NCBI RefSeq assembly: GCF_001735745.1
Contig: NZ_CP017260.1
Location: 390,001-422,000, forward strand
Direction: 5' to 3'
DNA from: Formosa sp. Hel1_33_131
GTDB lineage: Bacteria; Bacteroidota; Bacteroidia; Flavobacteriales; Flavobacteriaceae
DNA: 32,000 nucleotides
Within the stretch, counting starts at the first letter, position 1; each line of letters starts with the position of its first letter. Made by a program: the position numbers and the translations under genes. This document shows, piece after piece, positions 27,665 to 32,000 of the stretch. The notes below the pieces were generated by a model, which was not told the origin of the DNA, did not search any database, and saw nothing but the letters and a program-made list of their open reading frames with translations.

Positions 27665-27817
27665 TTATTTCTTACTTAAGAACTCATTTACTTTTTCAGG
27701 TGCCATGATTGATTCTACAAATATGTAAGCTCCAGATTTTTCTGACTTAACCATTTTGATCGCTTTCGTTAGACGTTTTGATCCTGTTTGTAATGATGCT
27801 ACTGATTTCTTTGCCAT
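27665..27817 (-). CDS. 50-aa basic protein of the DUF4295 type, downstream of rpmG
   Basis: Not in the track, which shows nothing under 60 aa. Hand translation gives MAKKSVASLQTGSKRLTKAIKMVKSEKSGAYIFVESIMAPEKVNEFLSKK then a stop: ATG at 27817..27815 and TAA at 27667..27665. It lies 47 nt after rpmG on the same strand and is followed by the operon terminator. Confidence 0.75.
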   Translation of the reverse strand: MAKKSVASLQTGSKRLTKAIKMVKSEKSGAYIFVESIMAPEKVNEFLSKK

Positions 27818-27864
27818 GATTCAAATGTGTTACATTTGAAATTTTACTTATGTAAAATCTCTAA

Positions 27865-28047
27865 TTATTTAATTTCTTTATGAACCGTCATTTTTTTAAG
27901 GATGGGATTAAATTTCTTAATCTCCATACGATCCGGTGTATTCTTCTTGTTCTTAGTTGTAATATATCTAGAAGTTCCTGGTTTTCCAGACTCTTTGTGC
28001 TCAGTGCACTCTAATATTACTTGAACTCTATTTCCTCTTTTTGCCAT
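27865..28047 (-). CDS. rpmG: 50S ribosomal protein L33
   Basis: 60 aa: [48 protein letters not shown]... Confidence 0.95.
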   Translation of the reverse strand: MAKRGNRVQVILECTEHKESGKPGTSRYITTKNKKNTPDRMEIKKFNPILKKMTVHKEIK

Positions 28048-28070
28048 TTTACAGTGCTTTTAACGGTGGT

Positions 28071-28307
28071 TTATTTTAAAAAACCTTTAGACTTTGCTCC
28101 TTTGATTGCTGCGTAAATACCAATTTTATTGATAGTTTTCAAGGCTGCAGTAGAAACCTTTAATGTTACCCAGTTATCTTCTTCTGGAATGTAAAAACGC
28201 TTTTTGATTAAATTCACATTAAATCTACGTCTAGTTCTATTCAAGGCATGAGAAACGTTATTTCCAAACATTGCTTTTTTACCTGTAAGTTCACAAATTC
28301 TTGACAT
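28071..28307 (-). CDS. rpmB: 50S ribosomal protein L28
   Basis: 78 aa: [33 protein letters not shown]... Confidence 0.95.
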   Translation of the reverse strand: MSRICELTGKKAMFGNNVSHALNRTRRRFNVNLIKKRFYIPEEDNWVTLKVSTAALKTINKIGIYAAIKGAKSKGFLK

Positions 28308-28349
28308 TTTTTCTTAACTTTAATTGTTCTGTTGTTTCAAAACGAGGTG

Positions 28350-28380
28350 CAAAAATACGAATTCTTTAGAAGTACGCAAA
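28350..28380 (-). promoter_or_regulatory. Bacteroidota sigma-A type promoter of the rpmB operon (-33 TTTG, 19-nt spacer, -7 TATTTTTG)
   Basis: On the minus strand, TTTG (28380..28377), a 19-nt spacer and TATTTTTG (28357..28350). This lies 43 nt upstream of the rpmB ATG. Confidence 0.6.
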
Positions 28381-28390
28381 CTTTATTTTG

Positions 28391-29638
28391 TCATTTTTTA
28401 AAAATTTCTTTTTGAAACAAAGTAAAGGCCATAGTGACCGCTTTTTGAACGACCCTAAGTCGTTGTTTTCCAAAGTTAAACTTCTGTGAAAACACACCCT
28501 CTGGCGTCGCGATTGCAATACAAACAGTTCCTATTTCTGCTTCCGAATCTCCTTTAGACGGTCCTGCATTTCCTGTGGTTGCAATCCCATAGTCCGAATT
28601 AAATACGCTTTTTACATTTTGAGCCATCGCTTCTGCGACTTCAGCACTGACCACAGAGTGTTTGGCAATCAATTTAGGATCTACTTTTAAAACCTCTATT
28701 TTCGTTTCCGTTGCATAGGCGACAATGCCTCCTTTAAAGTAAGCAGACGCTCCGTCATAAGCCGTGATGTTTTCTGCTATTTTACCACCCGTACAACTTT
28801 CGGCAACCGAAAGGGTTTTTCCTAGTTTCACCAATTGATTTCCGATAATTTGCTCTATTGAGGATTGTTCTTCAAACCCCACAAAGATGTCATGAATCAA
28901 TGGCAATAAGGCTTCAATTTGTGCATCAACGCCTTCTGTAATCGCTGTTTTATCAAACCCTGTTGAAGACAGTCGCAATCGAACTCTACCTAAATTTGGT
29001 AAGTACGCAAGTTTTATAGATTCTGGCAAGGCTGTTTCCCAATCCTTAATCCGTTCGGCAATGACGCTCTCCCCTAGCCCATAGGTTAACAGTGTTTTGT
29101 GTAAGATATAAGGGCGTTCGAATTTTTCTGAGATTCGTGGCAAAACCTCATCATTCATTAGGCCTTTCATCTCGTAAGGCACCCCTGGTAAGGATATGAA
29201 TATTGTATTGTTTTTTTCAATCCACATACCGGGGGCACTCCCCGATTTGTTCATTAAGGCCGTCGCTTTGGAAAGCACGAGTGATTGATCGATATTAACT
29301 TGAAGCAAGGGTTGTTTTACAAAATGCTTCCATAAGTATTTTATATTATTCATTACAGCTTCGTCATACACTAAAGTGTCTTCAAAGTACTGCGCCAAGG
29401 TTGTTTTGGTGATGTCATCTTTTGTTGGGCCAAGTCCCCCCGTAATAATAACAATATCAACATTGGCTTCAGCAGCTTCAAATGCTTTTAAAATGTGCGT
29501 TTTATCATCTTGAACGGAAGTGATTTGATAGACCGAGACACCAATGTTATTTAATTCTTTCGCTATAAATGCAGAATTGGTATCCACTATTTGACCAATT
29601 AGAATTTCATCGCCAATTGTAATTATTTCTGCTTTCAT
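28391..29638 (-). CDS. cinA: CinA family protein (MoCF-type domain plus nicotinamide-nucleotide amidohydrolase PncC domain)
   Basis: 415 aa with MKAEIITIGDEILIGQIVDTNS, GGLGPTKDD and the C-terminal AESCTGG...TGNAGP. Confidence 0.92.
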   Translation of the reverse strand: MKAEIITIGDEILIGQIVDTNSAFIAKELNNIGVSVYQITSVQDDKTHILKAFEAAEANVDIVIITGGLGPTKDDITKTTLAQYFEDTLVYDEAVMNNIKYLWKHFVKQPLLQVNIDQSLVLSKATALMNKSGSAPGMWIEKNNTIFISLPGVPYEMKGLMNDEVLPRISEKFERPYILHKTLLTYGLGESVIAERIKDWETALPESIKLAYLPNLGRVRLRLSSTGFDKTAITEGVDAQIEALLPLIHDIFVGFEEQSSIEQIIGNQLVKLGKTLSVAESCTGGKIAENITAYDGASAYFKGGIVAYATETKIEVLKVDPKLIAKHSVVSAEVAEAMAQNVKSVFNSDYGIATTGNAGPSKGDSEAEIGTVCIAIATPEGVFSQKFNFGKQRLRVVQKAVTMAFTLFQKEIFKK

Positions 29639-29641
29639 TTT

Positions 29642-30253
29642 TTATTTAACTTTAATTGAAAAGAATTCTTCATCCCCAATAAAACCCTTTAAAGAATCAT
29701 TGGGTTGTACACGACTGACTCCTGAAGGAGTGCCTGTAAAAATAATGTCCCCAATCTTTAAAGTAAAAAACTGAGATACATACGCAATGATCTCGTCAAT
29801 ATTCCACAACATATCACTGGTTGTGGCAGACTGTACAATTTCATCGTTTTTATGAAGGCTAAACGGAAGGTCGTTCAAATTATCGAAGTTTGATTTAGAC
29901 ACCCATTTCCCAACAACTGCCGCTCCGTCAAAGGCTTTTGCTTTTTCCCAAGGCAAGCCTTGTTCTTTGAGTTTTTGCTGAAGGTCACGTGCTGTAAAAT
30001 CAATTCCTAAACCAATTTGCTCGTAGTATTTATGAGCAAATTTTGAATCAATGTGCTTCCCTACCCGATTGATTTTTACCAATACCTCCACTTCATGGTG
30101 TACCTCATCAGAGAAGTCTGGAATAAAAAAGGGTTGTTTTTTTAAAAGGATAGCGGTATCAGGTTTCAAAAAGATGACCGGTTCTGTGGGCTTTTCATTT
30201 TTGAGTTCTGAGATGTGTTGCGCATAATTACGCCCAATACAAATGAGCTTCAT
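29642..30253 (-). CDS. Fumarylacetoacetate hydrolase (FAH) family protein
   Basis: 203 aa with MKLICIGRNYAQHISE...PVIFLKP...HEVEL-like block HHEVEVLV and GDIIFTGTPSGV. Confidence 0.88.
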   Translation of the reverse strand: MKLICIGRNYAQHISELKNEKPTEPVIFLKPDTAILLKKQPFFIPDFSDEVHHEVEVLVKINRVGKHIDSKFAHKYYEQIGLGIDFTARDLQQKLKEQGLPWEKAKAFDGAAVVGKWVSKSNFDNLNDLPFSLHKNDEIVQSATTSDMLWNIDEIIAYVSQFFTLKIGDIIFTGTPSGVSRVQPNDSLKGFIGDEEFFSIKVK

Positions 30254-31030
30254 CTATTGCAGTTTATTGTTGAATGCACGCAACTTAATCGCTGTTAACA
30301 CCTTTTTGGTGTAAAGTGGAAAATCTGCTGAAAGCAACCATCCAAAATAACCCGGTTCTTTTTCAAGAATTTCAGTGACTTTTTTGCCGTTGTGTTTTCC
30401 GAAAGAGAAACACTCATCGCCTTCCTTATCATAGGCAATAAAACCAGCAAAATCCGCAAGTTTTTTGCGAGAACTAAAGTCTGCTAAAAAGCTTGTGTCA
30501 TTTTCTAAATCCTCATAGCGGTCTAACTGCGCTTTTAAAACCTCATAAGTCGCCATGGTGTCGGCTTCTGCACTGTGTGCACCTTCGAGACTTCGATCGC
30601 AATAAAACTTAAATGCAGCTGTCAGGGTGCGTTGTTCCATTTTATGAAAAATAGTTTGCACATCTACCGACTGTCGGTTTTTCATGTCAAAGTCGATGCC
30701 TGCTCTTAGCATTTCTTCTGCTAATAAGGGAATATCAAAACGGTTGGAGTTAAAGCCTCCTAAATCAGAATCTTTAATCCATGTATTAATTTCTTTTGCA
30801 AGTTCATTAAATGTAGGTTCATTAGCCACCTTTTCGTTAGTGATGCCATGCACCGCTATGACTACATCAGGAATTTGCATTTCTGGATTTACGAGCCAGG
30901 TTTTCTTTTCCTCAGTACCATTTGGATTTACTTTTAAGATCGAAATCTCTACAATTCGATCTTTGGTAATACTGACTCCTGTTGTTTCTAAATCAAAGAA
31001 ACAGATGGGTTTATTTAGGTTTAATTGCAT
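30254..31030 (-). CDS. DEDDh 3'-5' exonuclease (DnaQ/epsilon-like domain with a C-terminal extension)
   Basis: 258 aa with FFDLETTGV (ExoI), AVHGIT/FNSNRFD (ExoII) and HSAEADT (ExoIII, H-x4-D). Its ATG directly abuts the next gene's stop. Confidence 0.88.
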   Translation of the reverse strand: MQLNLNKPICFFDLETTGVSITKDRIVEISILKVNPNGTEEKKTWLVNPEMQIPDVVIAVHGITNEKVANEPTFNELAKEINTWIKDSDLGGFNSNRFDIPLLAEEMLRAGIDFDMKNRQSVDVQTIFHKMEQRTLTAAFKFYCDRSLEGAHSAEADTMATYEVLKAQLDRYEDLENDTSFLADFSSRKKLADFAGFIAYDKEGDECFSFGKHNGKKVTEILEKEPGYFGWLLSADFPLYTKKVLTAIKLRAFNNKLQ

Positions 31031-31032
31031 AA

Positions 31033-32000
31033 TTATAGTGTTCTATTTTCGTCCCAAGCTTCTAGGTACTCTTTAACTGTTTTCAAGAATTGACCGCCTA
31101 AAGCTCCGTTCACAACTCTGTGATCATAAGAATGTGACAAAAACATACGTTGTCTAATTCCGATAAAATCGCCTTCGCTGGTTTCAATTACGGCAGGTAC
31201 TTTTCGAATGGCACCAAGTGCAAGAATACCAACTTGCGGTTGGTTGATAATGGGTGTTCCCATGATACTTCCAAACCCACCAACATTGGTTACTGTATAG
31301 GTTCCATCTTGAATATCATCTGGTTTGAGCTGATTGGTACGTGCGCGCAGTGCTAGATCATTCACACGCTTGGTCATTCCAATAAGGTTTAATTGATCTG
31401 CATTTTTAATGACAGGAACAATTAAGTTGCCGTCTTCCAAGGCCGCAGCCATTCCGATATTAATGTTTTTTCGTTTAATTATTTTAGCATCTTGAACAGA
31501 AATATTGAGCATTGGATGTACGGTTAGCGCATGCGCAACAGCTTCCAAAAATATAGGTGTAAATGTAATATTTTGCCCTTCTCGCGCTTTAAAAGTATCT
31601 TTAATTCCCAGTCTCCAGTTCCATATTTTAGTGACATCTACTTCGATAAAAGACTGCACATGTGCCGAGGTCTGAATGGAATCAGTCATGTGTTTAGACA
31701 CCAATTTCCCCATGCGAGACATTTCAATAATTTCATCTTCTCCGCGACTTACTACAGGGCTTGCTGTAGAGGGGCTCGGCGTGGATGATACGCTCGGTGC
31801 GATGGACACGCTTGGTGCTTTTACTTCAACTGGAGCAGCTTGTGATTTATTTGTTAAGTAAGATAGGATGTCATTTTTGGTGACTCTGCCTTCTTTACCA
31901 GAACCTTTAATGGCGTCTAATTCAGATTGAGAGACCCCTTCTTTTTTAGCTATATTTTTTACTAATGGCGAATAAAAACGTGCATCATTAGAACTAATTG
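31033..32000 (-). CDS. 2-oxoacid dehydrogenase E2 component (dihydrolipoamide acyltransferase), partial; 5' end beyond the window
   Basis: The track entry 31033..31809 begins at an internal GTG. The frame stays open to 32000 and encodes an E3-binding domain (FYSPLVKNIAKKEGVSQSELDAIKGSGKEGRVTKNDILSYL). The catalytic domain carries SHSYDHRVVNGA. Confidence 0.92.
   Translation of the reverse strand, partial: ISSNDARFYSPLVKNIAKKEGVSQSELDAIKGSGKEGRVTKNDILSYLTNKSQAAPVEVKAPSVSIAPSVSSTPSPSTASPVVSRGEDEIIEMSRMGKLVSKHMTDSIQTSAHVQSFIEVDVTKIWNWRLGIKDTFKAREGQNITFTPIFLEAVAHALTVHPMLNISVQDAKIIKRKNINIGMAAALEDGNLIVPVIKNADQLNLIGMTKRVNDLALRARTNQLKPDDIQDGTYTVTNVGGFGSIMGTPIINQPQVGILALGAIRKVPAVIETSEGDFIGIRQRMFLSHSYDHRVVNGALGGQFLKTVKEYLEAWDENRTL

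Noticed and set aside
6145-31861. Other antisense or overlapping track ORFs. Examples: 6145..6408, 7966..8347, 8612..9184, 9280..9477, 10601..11407, 11709..12431, 13310..13495, 15865..16047, 17897..18085, 18665..18871, 19586..19786, 21324..22485, 24710..24898, 25753..26028, 26714..27586, 30684..31076 and 31150..31861.
   Set aside because: Each is nested in or opposite a confidently recognisable gene, is short, and has no recognisable motif. They are typical shadow ORFs of coding regions.
19261-32000. The 12.7-kb run of 13 co-directional minus-strand genes (E2 through the LysM protein) as one functional operon or system
   Set aside because: The functions are unrelated housekeeping activities. 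Internal promoters (28350..28380, 27578..27585) and a strong internal terminator (27603..27640) split it into several units. Tight junctions (0-3 nt for E2/exonuclease/FAH/cinA) are common in compact bacterial genomes.
1-32000. CRISPR arrays, tRNA/rRNA genes, riboswitch-like leaders, IS elements with terminal inverted repeats, integrases
   Set aside because: I scanned all intergenic gaps by eye; the largest are 215, 208, 163, 162 and 158 bp. I found no spaced direct-repeat array, no cloverleaf-compatible sequence and no long conserved structured leader. This is a visual negative, not a tRNAscan/Infernal/CRISPR-finder result.

Overview
The window looks like a chromosomal segment of a Flavobacteriia-type Bacteroidota genome. 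Supporting signs: the long-form nusB-DUF1573-yajC block, a GLPGLI-family gene, an rpmB-rpmG-small-ORF operon, bshC, no Shine-Dalgarno sequences, and repeated TAnnTTTG -7 boxes. I call 30 protein-coding genes and found no tRNA, rRNA, CRISPR array, integrase or IS element by eye. About 8.6-32 kb is ordinary housekeeping DNA: pyrD, pepT, yajC, nusB, guaA, bshC, rimO, ftsY, rpmB/rpmG, cinA and a 2-oxoacid dehydrogenase E2. Two real genes are missing from the supplied ORF track. (1) A giant secreted multidomain ORF on the minus strand starts at 5811 and is still open at coordinate 1 (at least 1937 codons, with LamG-like, FN3-like and CarboxypepD_reg-like motifs). (2) A 50-aa ORF lies downstream of rpmG (27665..27817). 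The only accessory-looking stretch is the left end (1-8.4 kb), all on the minus strand: a Crp/Fnr regulator, then a secreted phage-tail-collar (MdpB-like) protein, then 11 bp later the giant LamG protein, with a GLPGLI-family protein next door. That module is my best candidate for something uncharacterised, but the sequence shows only a probable surface or adhesin module, not a defined new system. The other notable items are a solitary HUH/Y1 RAYT-like transposase homolog between bshC and rimO, and a nested palindromic element between pepT and yajC. I see no convincing defence, toxin or secretion-machine locus. Several track ORFs start too far upstream and are corrected below.
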